IMG/VR virus record: IMGVR_UViG_3300047510_001118
Coordinates: 124,001 to 188,000 of that record
Length of the DNA stretch: 64,000 nucleotides
Strand: one strand, 5' to 3'
The notes under the pieces are model-generated. The model ran no database searches. It saw only the letters and a list, made by a program, of their open reading frames with translations, and had not been told where the DNA came from. Shown here piece after piece: positions 39,416 to 48,429 of this stretch. A program made the translations under genes and the position numbers. How positions within the stretch are numbered: the first letter of the stretch is position 1; the number at the start of each line of letters is the position of its first letter.

Positions 39416-40020
39416 AATAATACCTTGCCTAGATTTATATTGATTACCATTCTATATTTTGATTCCTTGGCATATGATGAAGTGTGATAATATTTTCCTG
39501 GAAAAATAAGAATTTTACCTTTCTTAGGTGTAACTATATGTTTTATAGTAAAGTTATTTTCTTTGATAGCCTGTATATCTTTGTTTCCGCTATCGTAGTC
39601 TTCATTTACTTCATTAAAAATTACAGTGTCGCCGTCTGAATCATTGACATAATAGATAGCATTGTAATGAGGGAAATAACTGTCAATATGTGGCATGTGC
39701 CAGTTAAGACTACTGTTAGGATTAGACAATGTAAGATTTGCTCTCATTCTTATTAAACGATTAAATGGTACATTGGCTCGGCTTGTTATACTTAAAACTA
39801 AAGGATACACTAGATCAAAGTACTGACTAGTTTTTTCATTTTGTTCAAAGAAAAAATGATTAAAGCCTGCGTGATTGTCCTTGTTGTTTAAAAAACATTC
39901 ATCTCCGGAAACCATGTTAGGATTGAAGACCCAGGGAAAATTAAAACTAGTCATTAGATCTAGTAGGTGATTTTGATAATCAACAGGAATAATATTTTCT
40001 ATTTCTATAATGTCATTCAT
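39412..40020 (-). CDS. Fe(II)/2OG oxygenase (HxD)
   Basis: RMRANL, PHID, IYYVNDSDGDT, FPGKYYHTS, RMVININ. Confidence 0.85.
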   Translation of the reverse strand: MNDIIEIENIIPVDYQNHLLDLMTSFNFPWVFNPNMVSGDECFLNNKDNHAGFNHFFFEQNEKTSQYFDLVYPLVLSITSRANVPFNRLIRMRANLTLSNPNSSLNWHMPHIDSYFPHYNAIYYVNDSDGDTVIFNEVNEDYDSGNKDIQAIKENNFTIKHIVTPKKGKILIFPGKYYHTSSYAKESKYRMVININLGKVLL

Positions 40021-40636
40021 AAATTTTACCGAGGTTTCCTGAAATTGAAATCCTATAATCGTCTGAACTACTAAATGGATAAACTGTATGCTGTAAGCAC
40101 GAAGGAAACAAAAATATTGTGCCTTCGTAGGTTCGATCTACTGGAAATTCTGCTTCTCGTATTTCTCCAAATATATTAGTGTATATAAAAGAAAACATTC
40201 CTGCTCTGGGCATATTTGATTTTTTTACATGTTTCGTTGATAATTCGTCATCGATATCGTAAGGAACTTGAATCCAAATAGCAAAACTAAATGCTCCATC
40301 GTGACCGTGTATGGGATTAAACTCGTGTTTCTTTTGTAGATTAACCCAGTAATTAGTTAATTTTAAATTGTCTGCTCTTAGATCTTTAGCAGTGTTTGTA
40401 ATTCCCCAGCCAGTGTTATATGCCCTGGCTAGATCAACTAAAAATGTTTCAAGTTCTTCTTTATTTTTTTCTAGTTTATATTCTAGTTCTATGTTGCCAG
40501 CAAGGTTGCTGTTAAAATCCGCAGTTGACGAATTTCTTAATTCTTCAATTTCCGTTTTTAATTTTAAAAACAGTTCATCTGGAACTTTTGCTCTTATAAA
40601 TCCATAATTAGAAAAATTACCGTACATTAGACTCAT
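40013..40636 (-). CDS. Fe(II)/2OG oxygenase-like (HxH)
   Basis: WVNLQ, FNPIHGHDG.FSF.IW, FPSCLQH.VYPF, RISISGN. Confidence 0.85.
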   Translation of the reverse strand: MSLMYGNFSNYGFIRAKVPDELFLKLKTEIEELRNSSTADFNSNLAGNIELEYKLEKNKEELETFLVDLARAYNTGWGITNTAKDLRADNLKLTNYWVNLQKKHEFNPIHGHDGAFSFAIWIQVPYDIDDELSTKHVKKSNMPRAGMFSFIYTNIFGEIREAEFPVDRTYEGTIFLFPSCLQHTVYPFSSSDDYRISISGNLGKIYE

Positions 40637-41244
40637 TGTGCTGTTCCAAAAAATGTTATTGTTAATCTAGACGTTTCGATGGTATCACCGAAATAATTTT
40701 CTGCGCTGTGCCACTGATACGGAGCAAACATCACACACCTGTTATACACATTCTCAATATACATATTTTTCTTAAATAATTCTCTCTGTTGTTCTTTAAA
40801 TTTAAGATATTTTTTTAAATCCTGTGTTGTATTTTCTTCAAAAGATAATTTAGCATAGTTTTGATCATCATCATTGATCTTAGTGAAAAATGAAATACCA
40901 GAATCTTTTGGTGGATGTGGATTCAGAAATATGACTCCCGCTACATTATAGTTAGGCTCATCTTGGTGTATCCATCCTTTTCCATAGGTATTGTTAACCA
41001 AGGCAAAGTTAGTTTTTAGATGTAAAAAATTTTGTTTAGCGTGTATATGATTAATCAGTTTAGTAGCCAACGAATGAAAAAGATTTTCATTTAATTCGTT
41101 AATAGGTTTAGTTCTAGTACCTGGCCATGTTTTATATTCGTCAATATTGTATTCTTGTTTAAGAGCATAATGCCTCCATAGATCACCGGATTCGAAAAAG
41201 TTATCTATAACCTTTATTGGCTGTGATATAGGTATGTGCTTCAT
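40633..41244 (-). CDS. Fe(II)/2OG oxygenase (HxD); paralogue of 41241-41948
   Basis: IDNFFE, WPGTRT, GWIHQD, AGVIFL, YNRC, WHSAE, RLT..FF. Confidence 0.83.
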   Translation of the reverse strand: MKHIPISQPIKVIDNFFESGDLWRHYALKQEYNIDEYKTWPGTRTKPINELNENLFHSLATKLINHIHAKQNFLHLKTNFALVNNTYGKGWIHQDEPNYNVAGVIFLNPHPPKDSGISFFTKINDDDQNYAKLSFEENTTQDLKKYLKFKEQQRELFKKNMYIENVYNRCVMFAPYQWHSAENYFGDTIETSRLTITFFGTAQ

Positions 41245-41948
41245 ACTGCCCTCGCAAAAAATACCTGTGTAAGTCTAGCCGTAGTATGTGAATTTCCAAA
41301 GAAGTTTTCGGCACTGTGCCAGTTGCGAGGATCGAAAATAATACATCTATTATAAACGCTTTCCATCGTAACTGAAGGTGTAAAGTGAGAAATTTGTTCT
41401 TTTCTATATTTTTCGTACTGTGCTCGTTCCTCGGGACTGGCTACTAAAACATCATTCATAAAAATTTCTGTGTAAAGATCTCCGTTAAAATCGGTTTGAT
41501 CTTCGTAGATGACAGTGCCACTGCCCAGCGGGCTGTCTTGATTTAAATAGACAACACCTGCGATATTTAATTTAGGATCGTCATCGTGGACCCATCCGCG
41601 TCCATAGGATTCCTCGATAACTTGAAATCCGGTTTGTAGTTCTAAAAATTCTGTATATCCGTAGTCTTTGAGTATTATCAGTAGTTTCCTCATAAACATT
41701 TCAAAGAAATCTCGATTTACAGTATGTAACAAATCAGTTCTAAGTCCGGGCCAACTGCCGCGTTCTCCTTTAAAAAATTTCTGATCCAGAGCAAATTCTC
41801 TAACTAGATCCGGGTCTTCGTAAAAGTTATCAAAGACCATCGTGGGCAAGTATGGATAGACAAAACGATTCTTAATGCCCGATCCTTCGATGAATCTGCC
41901 ACTACTTTTATTCATTTCGATCAGTTTATTAATGTATGCCTTATCCAT
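41241..41948 (-). CDS. Fe(II)/2OG oxygenase (HxD)
   Basis: FDNFYE, WPGLRT, GWVHDD, AGVVYL, YNRC, WHSAE, RLTQVFF. Confidence 0.83.
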   Translation of the reverse strand: MDKAYINKLIEMNKSSGRFIEGSGIKNRFVYPYLPTMVFDNFYEDPDLVREFALDQKFFKGERGSWPGLRTDLLHTVNRDFFEMFMRKLLIILKDYGYTEFLELQTGFQVIEESYGRGWVHDDDPKLNIAGVVYLNQDSPLGSGTVIYEDQTDFNGDLYTEIFMNDVLVASPEERAQYEKYRKEQISHFTPSVTMESVYNRCIIFDPRNWHSAENFFGNSHTTARLTQVFFARAV

Positions 41949-42519
41949 TTTTTCTCGCCGTAAAATTCATTGTTAGGACTATTCTTTTTGTAAACATTTT
42001 AGGACACGAACTTGCGTGATAATGCCAGCCGTTAAACATTAAGATTTTTCCTTGATCGGGTGTACTACGATGCATTACTCTATACTTTTCAGACGGATCG
42101 ATTTCATGGAATATATAGGTATCTCCGTCGGTGCTGTTAACATAGTAACAAACAGTAAAGTGTTCTTGATCATAATCTCGATGAGGAAGATTATGTTTAT
42201 ATGGCATGCTTGGTAGAGCATATTTGGTATTTAATAAAAATCCCAACCGCATTCTTAGCAACGTACCTAACTCATATCCTGTTTTATTCAGCGTTTCATT
42301 TAATAATGGCATGAAAAAATCTAAGTACGGATTAGTTTCATTGTTGGGATGGAACACTAAATGTGTAAATCCTGGTGTAGAATTTTGTATATCGTTGGCT
42401 TTTTCAAACGTAGTATCTTCAACAAAGTGCCAAGGAAATTTAATATCTGTTACTAGGTCATAAATTTTATTTTGATATTCTTTATCTATAACATTTGATA
42501 TTTCTATAGGTTTAAACAT
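41941..42519 (-). CDS. Fe(II)/2OG oxygenase (HxD); paralogue of 39412-40020
   Basis: RMRLG, PHRD, YYVNSTDGDT, FNGWHYHASS, RIVLTMN. Confidence 0.85.
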   Translation of the reverse strand: MFKPIEISNVIDKEYQNKIYDLVTDIKFPWHFVEDTTFEKANDIQNSTPGFTHLVFHPNNETNPYLDFFMPLLNETLNKTGYELGTLLRMRLGFLLNTKYALPSMPYKHNLPHRDYDQEHFTVCYYVNSTDGDTYIFHEIDPSEKYRVMHRSTPDQGKILMFNGWHYHASSCPKMFTKRIVLTMNFTARKNG

Positions 42520-43234
42520 TGTGATTGATCCTATAATAATTTCTATCTACGCTGTTCGTAGGCGACTCTGTGGTAAATCTATTCCAACACGGAATACTCA
42601 TACTTAATCTTTTACTATCTGGATACGCAACGTGAAAACATCTAGCAGGAATATACAGCGCATCGCCTGGTTCTAGTTCTACGTCTAATGCTACTTCTAA
42701 ATCTTCTTCAGAGACTCTGTTATTCATAGTTCCAGTTTTATAAAGATAAGATATTCTATTTTTAAATACCTTCCATCTAGTTTTTCCTTCTACTTGGAAA
42801 ATAAAATTTGCTGGATAATCATCGTGTATTGGAAAACTTTTTGATCCAGTTAATCCGCAGTAAACATGAATAGCGGCATTAACAAAAAATAATTTTTCAA
42901 AAATAGTTAGCAAGTGATTTGTTTTTTCGTTGTAAAAACCATAATTAGTAATTACTAAACAGTTACCTTGATTTACCTTGTCAAAAATAAATTCTTTATC
43001 TTGTACTTTCCTGTTCCATATCCATGCTTTAGTATGCTCTGGTATTTCAATTTTTTGATTTGTTATATGATCTATTAATTCAAATTGAAATAATTCAGGG
43101 CGATTCATACAAGACTCTACATCTTGCCATGTAAGCAATTCATGAGGAGTTTCTAATAAACCTTTAAAAAAATGAGGCTTATCGTTGACTAAGAGATTAG
43201 TTTCATTTAATATACGTTGTCCGATAGCGTTCAT
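42512..43234 (-). CDS. JmjC/cupin oxygenase (YcfD/ROX-like core)
   Basis: SFPIHDD..NFIFQVEGK.RW, LEPGDALYIP...FHVA, RLSMSI. Confidence 0.88.
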   Translation of the reverse strand: MNAIGQRILNETNLLVNDKPHFFKGLLETPHELLTWQDVESCMNRPELFQFELIDHITNQKIEIPEHTKAWIWNRKVQDKEFIFDKVNQGNCLVITNYGFYNEKTNHLLTIFEKLFFVNAAIHVYCGLTGSKSFPIHDDYPANFIFQVEGKTRWKVFKNRISYLYKTGTMNNRVSEEDLEVALDVELEPGDALYIPARCFHVAYPDSKRLSMSIPCWNRFTTESPTNSVDRNYYRINHNV

Positions 43235-43829
43235 CGTCTGTCCTAATTAATTTAACATTAAATGCTAGAGAAATTCGATCCTCGTTAGTTGGATTGTATC
43301 CTACACCATGCGGCAAATGTCCTGGGAACATTAATAACTTACCTGATAAAGGTTCAAAACTTATTGCGCTGGCACTGGCCGGTGTATAATGATCTAAAAC
43401 TGCCTGTGAAGATATAATATAATCTAAAGCATGATTTTTATAAAATGTTATATTTCCTTGCCCGGCAGTTGCTTTGACATAAAATGTTCCTGATAAAAAA
43501 CTATTATCGTGTATATGGATCGAATTTCCGTTATTTTGATTATTGATATTAAACCAAAAATTTTCTAAATCAATAATAACTAAATCTTCTTTGTAGCCGT
43601 AATCTCTTACACATTGCTCTGCTTGTTCTAATATTTTACGTTCTAAAACTTCTAATTCTTTATATGTACCCGGACGAAAATCTTTACTTTGCCATCCGCC
43701 TTCGTTGCTTAGTTTTCTTCCCTGTGGATCTTTTTCTCTTAGAGAATAGCACAGGGATATCAAATCTGTAGGATCGATATCAGTTTGTTCCCACCAAATA
43801 GGAGTTGGAAAATAATATCCTATATTCAT
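43203..43829 (-). CDS. Fe(II)/2OG oxygenase-like (TIGR02466-type, HxH)
   Basis: NEGGWQS, WFNIN, HIHDNSFLSGTFYV, FPGHLPHGV, RISLAFN. Confidence 0.88.
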   Translation of the reverse strand: MNIGYYFPTPIWWEQTDIDPTDLISLCYSLREKDPQGRKLSNEGGWQSKDFRPGTYKELEVLERKILEQAEQCVRDYGYKEDLVIIDLENFWFNINNQNNGNSIHIHDNSFLSGTFYVKATAGQGNITFYKNHALDYIISSQAVLDHYTPASASAISFEPLSGKLLMFPGHLPHGVGYNPTNEDRISLAFNVKLIRTDDERYRTTYIK

Positions 43830-44623
43830 TTTAATATATCTCTCATAGTTGTAGGAGGTAATTCGTGACTAAAAGCAAATGTATGACTCCATCTAAAGTC
43901 TACTGAATCGCAGATGTAGGCCAAATGACATACATTGGCTGGATAAATTGTAAGAGTTTTATATTTGGACGGTGCTGTTCCTATTAGCTCAAATCCCCAT
44001 TCAGACAATTCGCCGTCGGAGATATTAAACCAACTATCGGCTCTTTTAGGAAACTCGCTAAGTTCTCTCCACTTTTTGTGATTTGGATGTGTTTTGTCAA
44101 CTTGAAAATCATATAATTCTCTAAACATCTTTCCGTGATATTGATAAATCTTTGTTCCGCTGTCGTTAAGGTTATGATCAGTAAACCACATATTTGCTAC
44201 CATTCCATAAACATAGTCAATGTGAGGTATTCTCCAACAGGTTATTGGTCGAGAATTTTTCTTGAAATAAACATTTCCCCACTCGTGTATCTGTGGATCA
44301 AATATGTCAGTTCTGATATTTTTTAAATAAAATTCTTTTATTAAGACACAGAGATCTAAACTTACCCACTCGGGTACATGTATTGTATCGAAAGGATTTG
44401 GATCAAAGTTACTAGGATGATTATTATCTTTTTGTATTGGAAATGATGCTATAAGATTTTTGAAAATTTCAAATCCATCATCTACAAACGGATCTTCTGC
44501 TATCCAGTAACCAACATCTTTGGTTAGTTTGACATATTCTGTCTGCCAGGAGTCCAGAGGTTTTAATTTTAAAACCTTGTTAAAATTATTAGCATCAGGA
44601 TAGCATACTTTAAAATCTATCAT
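43826..44623 (-). CDS. Fe(II)/2OG oxygenase-like (HxD)
   Basis: IPHID, NMWF, SGT.IY, YPANVCH, RWS..F. Confidence 0.7.
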   Translation of the reverse strand: MIDFKVCYPDANNFNKVLKLKPLDSWQTEYVKLTKDVGYWIAEDPFVDDGFEIFKNLIASFPIQKDNNHPSNFDPNPFDTIHVPEWVSLDLCVLIKEFYLKNIRTDIFDPQIHEWGNVYFKKNSRPITCWRIPHIDYVYGMVANMWFTDHNLNDSGTKIYQYHGKMFRELYDFQVDKTHPNHKKWRELSEFPKRADSWFNISDGELSEWGFELIGTAPSKYKTLTIYPANVCHLAYICDSVDFRWSHTFAFSHELPPTTMRDILK

Positions 44624-45204
44624 TTTATATTAAATGTGAGAACGATTCTTTCTTGATCGGTTTTATTTGGCTGGACTCTGTGACGCAAAAATCCAGGAAA
44701 TATTAATACGTCATTGGTTTCAGCAGGAACTGCTCTGTAAAGCGATTCTTCTGGTATTATAGGATACATTGTTTTATGATATTCAAGAGGATCTTTAAAT
44801 TCAATATATCCGGCACCCGGCGGAAGTTTTATATAGGCAGCGACAGCAAATGTAACATTGTTGTGATTGTGCTCTAAAGTTTCTCCAGAGTTTCCGTGTC
44901 TATTAAACCACGACTCTGTTACTTCACTCCACCCGTTAGTGAATCCGTATTCTCGACGAATATGTGCGATGCGTTCGCCTAGCCAATTTTGAAAATGTGC
45001 TAGTTCGTCCCAGGTGTGTGGTTGTATTTCCTTGTCAAGCGATACTGTAGATATCGCCTGTCCTTTTTCTAATCGAGAATTTTCTTCAACTTGAGAAAAC
45101 AAATTCTCAATTTTAGGGCCTAAAATGTCATAATTAAATTCGTACCTAAATTTCCAAATGTCTGGAGGAAATACGAACAAACCGCCATTATTAAGATGTA
45201 ACAC
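44620..45204 (-). CDS. Fe(II)/2OG oxygenase-like (TIGR02466-type, HxH)
   Basis: ESWFN, EHNH, FPGFLRHRV, RIVLTFN. GTG start at 45204 with GAGGA SD. Confidence 0.85.
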   Translation of the reverse strand: MLHLNNGGLFVFPPDIWKFRYEFNYDILGPKIENLFSQVEENSRLEKGQAISTVSLDKEIQPHTWDELAHFQNWLGERIAHIRREYGFTNGWSEVTESWFNRHGNSGETLEHNHNNVTFAVAAYIKLPPGAGYIEFKDPLEYHKTMYPIIPEESLYRAVPAETNDVLIFPGFLRHRVQPNKTDQERIVLTFNIK

Positions 45205-45439
45205 CCTGTGTTTCCTCGAACGTCTCAAGTGCTAGAGTAAGACCCATGAGAACACCTTCCATCTTTAAAACATCGACAGATAAATCTTGTCGACGAGTAA
45301 AATCAATAGAAGTAATTCCATATGGATTTAATTTAATGTTAGCAAAATCTTCTTCCATTTTTGATAATTCTTGTTGTGCTTTTTCTTTTTCAGAAGTTAG
45401 ATTAGCCATCGTCTGTTGAATTTTTTCTTTGAAACTCAT
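45191..45439 (-). CDS. Small coiled-coil hypothetical protein (82 aa)
   Basis: Heptad-like helix, AAGGA SD, inside the operon. Confidence 0.8.
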   Translation of the reverse strand: MSFKEKIQQTMANLTSEKEKAQQELSKMEEDFANIKLNPYGITSIDFTRRQDLSVDVLKMEGVLMGLTLALETFEETQGVTS

Positions 45440-45443
45440 AATA

Positions 45444-46232
45444 TCATCCTTTTTTATATCTAGTTAGTACTGCTATAGAACGTTTTAATCTTGAGGCTAA
45501 ACTATCATGATTTAAAATCACACAGTTTGCGGCATAATTAAAGGCTCTTTCCTTTTCTTTATCACGGTCATTGGCGTTTTCTATTTTAACATCATAACTG
45601 GATAAGGACAAGGATTTTCTTGAAACAGGTATTAATTGGCATAGAGGAGTTCCAGCTCGAACTAGAGTTTTGTCATTTAATACATTCCAAAAAAGTTGGA
45701 CATTTAATACGTGTCCGTATTTCATATCAAGGAACCCCGTGGCTGCTGTGAATCTGCTTTCGTTGTTATAGGTTACAGGCAGTTGAAGTAGCATAACATC
45801 ATCACTGGCTTCAACTCGCCACGGGGTTTCTAACTTTATTACAGTTTTTAAAGTTGTATTGGGATCATCTATCAGCGGTTCTACTTGACTACGTGTATGA
45901 CCAGAAACATAGGCATCACGTCCTTCGCTGACTTTATTGAATCGATAAGGTTCTCTCCATTCCATGCTTACACCGTCACCGTTAGTTTGAATGATGAAAT
46001 CGGCAGGTGCTGGCACTACCCAGCCTGTTGAAATAATTTTTCTAATTCCTGGACAATTTTTAGAACTCAAAGTTTCAGGAAGGTCACCGACCTGTTCCTG
46101 TTCCATAAACGGTCTAACTAACCTTGATGATGGAATAATTGGAAAAAGATCTACTACACCAGGCTCTAGACTATAAAATCTGATATAGGGCTCTTCTTTT
46201 TTACCAAATAATCTTTTACAGAGCGTAGTCAT
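45444..46232 (-). CDS. Conserved hypothetical; paralogue of 30846-31676
   Basis: See the shared motif blocks listed for the paralogue. Confidence 0.75.
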   Translation of the reverse strand: MTTLCKRLFGKKEEPYIRFYSLEPGVVDLFPIIPSSRLVRPFMEQEQVGDLPETLSSKNCPGIRKIISTGWVVPAPADFIIQTNGDGVSMEWREPYRFNKVSEGRDAYVSGHTRSQVEPLIDDPNTTLKTVIKLETPWRVEASDDVMLLQLPVTYNNESRFTAATGFLDMKYGHVLNVQLFWNVLNDKTLVRAGTPLCQLIPVSRKSLSLSSYDVKIENANDRDKEKERAFNYAANCVILNHDSLASRLKRSIAVLTRYKKG

Positions 46233-47832
46233 CTTTTCCGCCGTAGATATTATCTTTCAAATATTGATAATGCGTCGGTAGTGTTTTAATATACTCAACA
46301 ACAAAATCTCTATATTCTTCGTATCTACGTTTTGTAAATCCTATTTCTTCTTCTTTAAGTTCGCGTTCGATTCTATCACCGCCGAAGAAAATTAATTCTT
46401 TGGTCGATATTGATTTAACTCCCATGCCGGCTGCAATGAAAATATTTCCAGTATAGTCTTGAAAGTATCTTTGGTTACCGGCTATGTTGCCGACCAAATT
46501 CGGGTACTGTGCTTGATACAACATATAATCACCGTGCATATCAGGACAATATTCGTGTAGTTCAGTACACCAGCGCCAGTAAGGAGTGTCAGTCCTCATC
46601 GACAGAGCATAGTGTTGAGAAACAAAATCTCTAAACTTAGTAACTTCAAAATCTACAGCAAAATTATAGCCTTCAATTTCTGATCTAGTAACAAAGCCCT
46701 GTCTACGGTTAAGAGCATCGACTAGTTTAATAATGTTTTCGTGAGTAGTTAACAGTCCAGTAGACTCTAATGGTTCAACAAATCCATAACTTAGGCCGAC
46801 ACCAACTACATTGGCTAACCATGCTCTTCGACGCTTACCATGTCTAATTTTTACAGGAAACATTTCTGCTTCTTCTGCGATTTTAGGACTGTGTTTTACA
46901 GCCAAATGTGCTCTAAATTCTTTTTGAGCATCCTCGGGTGTTACAAATCTAGTAGAAAATACGTAGCCAGTGCCAATCCTGTTCCAGAGAGGAATATTCC
47001 ATACCCAGCCATTGTCCAAGGCGTGGCAGTCAGTGACATTGTGCATTTCGCGCTCTCTGTCGATGTATGGTAATCTACAGGCCCAAGCCATATCATTGGC
47101 TAGATATTTGTCAAATGGTTTAAATTCAGAACCCATCCAACCTTCTAATAAAATTGATTTGAACCCAGTACAATCGATCCATAGATCCGATTTTAAAATT
47201 CTACCATCATCTAACATGATATCTGTGATATCGCCTCTTGTATTTTTTTTATGCGAATGTACATCGCCTACTATATGTTCAACTCCGTGGGGTAGTGCTA
47301 TTTTTTCTTTGAGATATTTTCCAAAAAGTTGAGCATCAAGATGATATGCTGTATCCCATTTAAATTTATAATTTCTTAGTATACCTTTTTCGTCTTTGGT
47401 TTCTTTATTGTGTTTTGCTAACAGCGTATTTCCTGTAACAAAGAATTCTGCAAAACTTTCTGGCGGATATTCGTCAGGATATAATGTTGATAATTCGCTC
47501 CATGATTGTAGGCCGCCCGGCTTATCAGTATAATCTAACCCAGCACTAAATGGGTATTCAAAAGATTCCCCCTTGCCTTCTCTAAAATTAGTAAAACGAA
47601 TAGAATTTTTATATGTGGCATTACAAGCGGCCATCCAGTCTTCGTCTTTAAGATCTAATAACTGAAGAAATTTATTAATGTGACCTAAGGTGCTTTCACC
47701 AACTCCGACAGTGCCAACTTTGGAAGATTCGACAAGTGTAATCTTTAAATGTGGACACAGTTTAGATAATGCTGCCGCAGTCATCCAACCAGAACTTCCA
47801 CCACCTACTATTGTGACTGTGTTAATCTGCAT
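46216..47832 (-). CDS. Flavin-dependent halogenase family #4
   Basis: GGGSSG, GVGEST, ATYK, YHLDA, WVWNIP, FVEPLESTG. Confidence 0.92.
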   Translation of the reverse strand: MQINTVTIVGGGSSGWMTAAALSKLCPHLKITLVESSKVGTVGVGESTLGHINKFLQLLDLKDEDWMAACNATYKNSIRFTNFREGKGESFEYPFSAGLDYTDKPGGLQSWSELSTLYPDEYPPESFAEFFVTGNTLLAKHNKETKDEKGILRNYKFKWDTAYHLDAQLFGKYLKEKIALPHGVEHIVGDVHSHKKNTRGDITDIMLDDGRILKSDLWIDCTGFKSILLEGWMGSEFKPFDKYLANDMAWACRLPYIDREREMHNVTDCHALDNGWVWNIPLWNRIGTGYVFSTRFVTPEDAQKEFRAHLAVKHSPKIAEEAEMFPVKIRHGKRRRAWLANVVGVGLSYGFVEPLESTGLLTTHENIIKLVDALNRRQGFVTRSEIEGYNFAVDFEVTKFRDFVSQHYALSMRTDTPYWRWCTELHEYCPDMHGDYMLYQAQYPNLVGNIAGNQRYFQDYTGNIFIAAGMGVKSISTKELIFFGGDRIERELKEEEIGFTKRRYEEYRDFVVEYIKTLPTHYQYLKDNIYGGKDDYAL

Positions 47833-47858
47833 ATTCTTTCCTTTATAACAACGCTGAT

Positions 47859-47866
47859 TATTTATA
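47859..47866 (-). promoter_or_regulatory. T4-type late promoter TATAAATA heading the right arm of the enzyme island
   Basis: Exact TATAAATA just downstream of a terminator and upstream of an AAGGA SD. Confidence 0.65.
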
Positions 47867-47887
47867 GTAGTATTTTTTGTTGATCAA

Positions 47888-47920
47888 CAAAAAAGGCACT
47901 GTTTTAGCAGTGCCTTTTTG
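47888..47920. terminator. Rho-independent terminator ending the fibre operon
   Basis: AAAAAGGCACTG-TTTTAG-CAGTGCCTTTTT with A/T tracts on both sides. Confidence 0.85.
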
Positions 47921-47937
47921 TTCTAGATTAAAGAAAT

Positions 47938-48429
47938 TTATTCTTTATTGCCCCACCAACCGTCAAATCGCTTCCATGCTGGTAGTTCTGAACTGCTTGG
48001 ATGATTTGGTTTTTCTGAGGAAGGTTCCTCTGTGGCAGCTCGAGCCATAATGTCTTCTAAACGTTCTGGTTCTTGTGCTACAGGTTTTGGTATTAAGGAC
48101 TTAACATTAGTAACATGTTGTGCCCAAGGGCCGTTTGAGCTTAATGTTCCCGTTTCCATAAGTTCGTGATAAATCATGTCTAATTGCTGGCCAATTTGAC
48201 CATAGGCCACAGACCTTGCCACAGAATTATCTGTGAACGGACCATCCCGCTCTACCCATACCATTCTTTCCTGATTTGGACTCCATTCTAAAGTCCAGTC
48301 TAGCGTAATTTCATCAGGAGCATCGACCCACTGAATCGTAGCATCAGGTCCATTATAAATTTCATAATCTTCGCCGGGTTCGACTATCTGTGAAACCCAA
48401 CCTTGATAACTGATAAGTGCTTTTTTCAT
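47938..48429 (-). CDS. Probable tail-fibre assembly or accessory protein
   Basis: AR..AY..I.QQLDMIY...W..HV..VK..IPKP motif, downstream of the fibre genes. TATAAATA-N5-ATG start. Confidence 0.55.
   Translation of the reverse strand: MKKALISYQGWVSQIVEPGEDYEIYNGPDATIQWVDAPDEITLDWTLEWSPNQERMVWVERDGPFTDNSVARSVAYGQIGQQLDMIYHELMETGTLSSNGPWAQHVTNVKSLIPKPVAQEPERLEDIMARAATEEPSSEKPNHPSSSELPAWKRFDGWWGNKE

Noticed and set aside
30846-47832. Bacterial biosynthetic cluster or chimeric assembly
   Set aside because: Genes are translationally coupled to phage gp15/Nudix, use the same TAAATA motif, and lack scaffold synthases, transporters and regulators. Read coverage was not available to exclude this fully.
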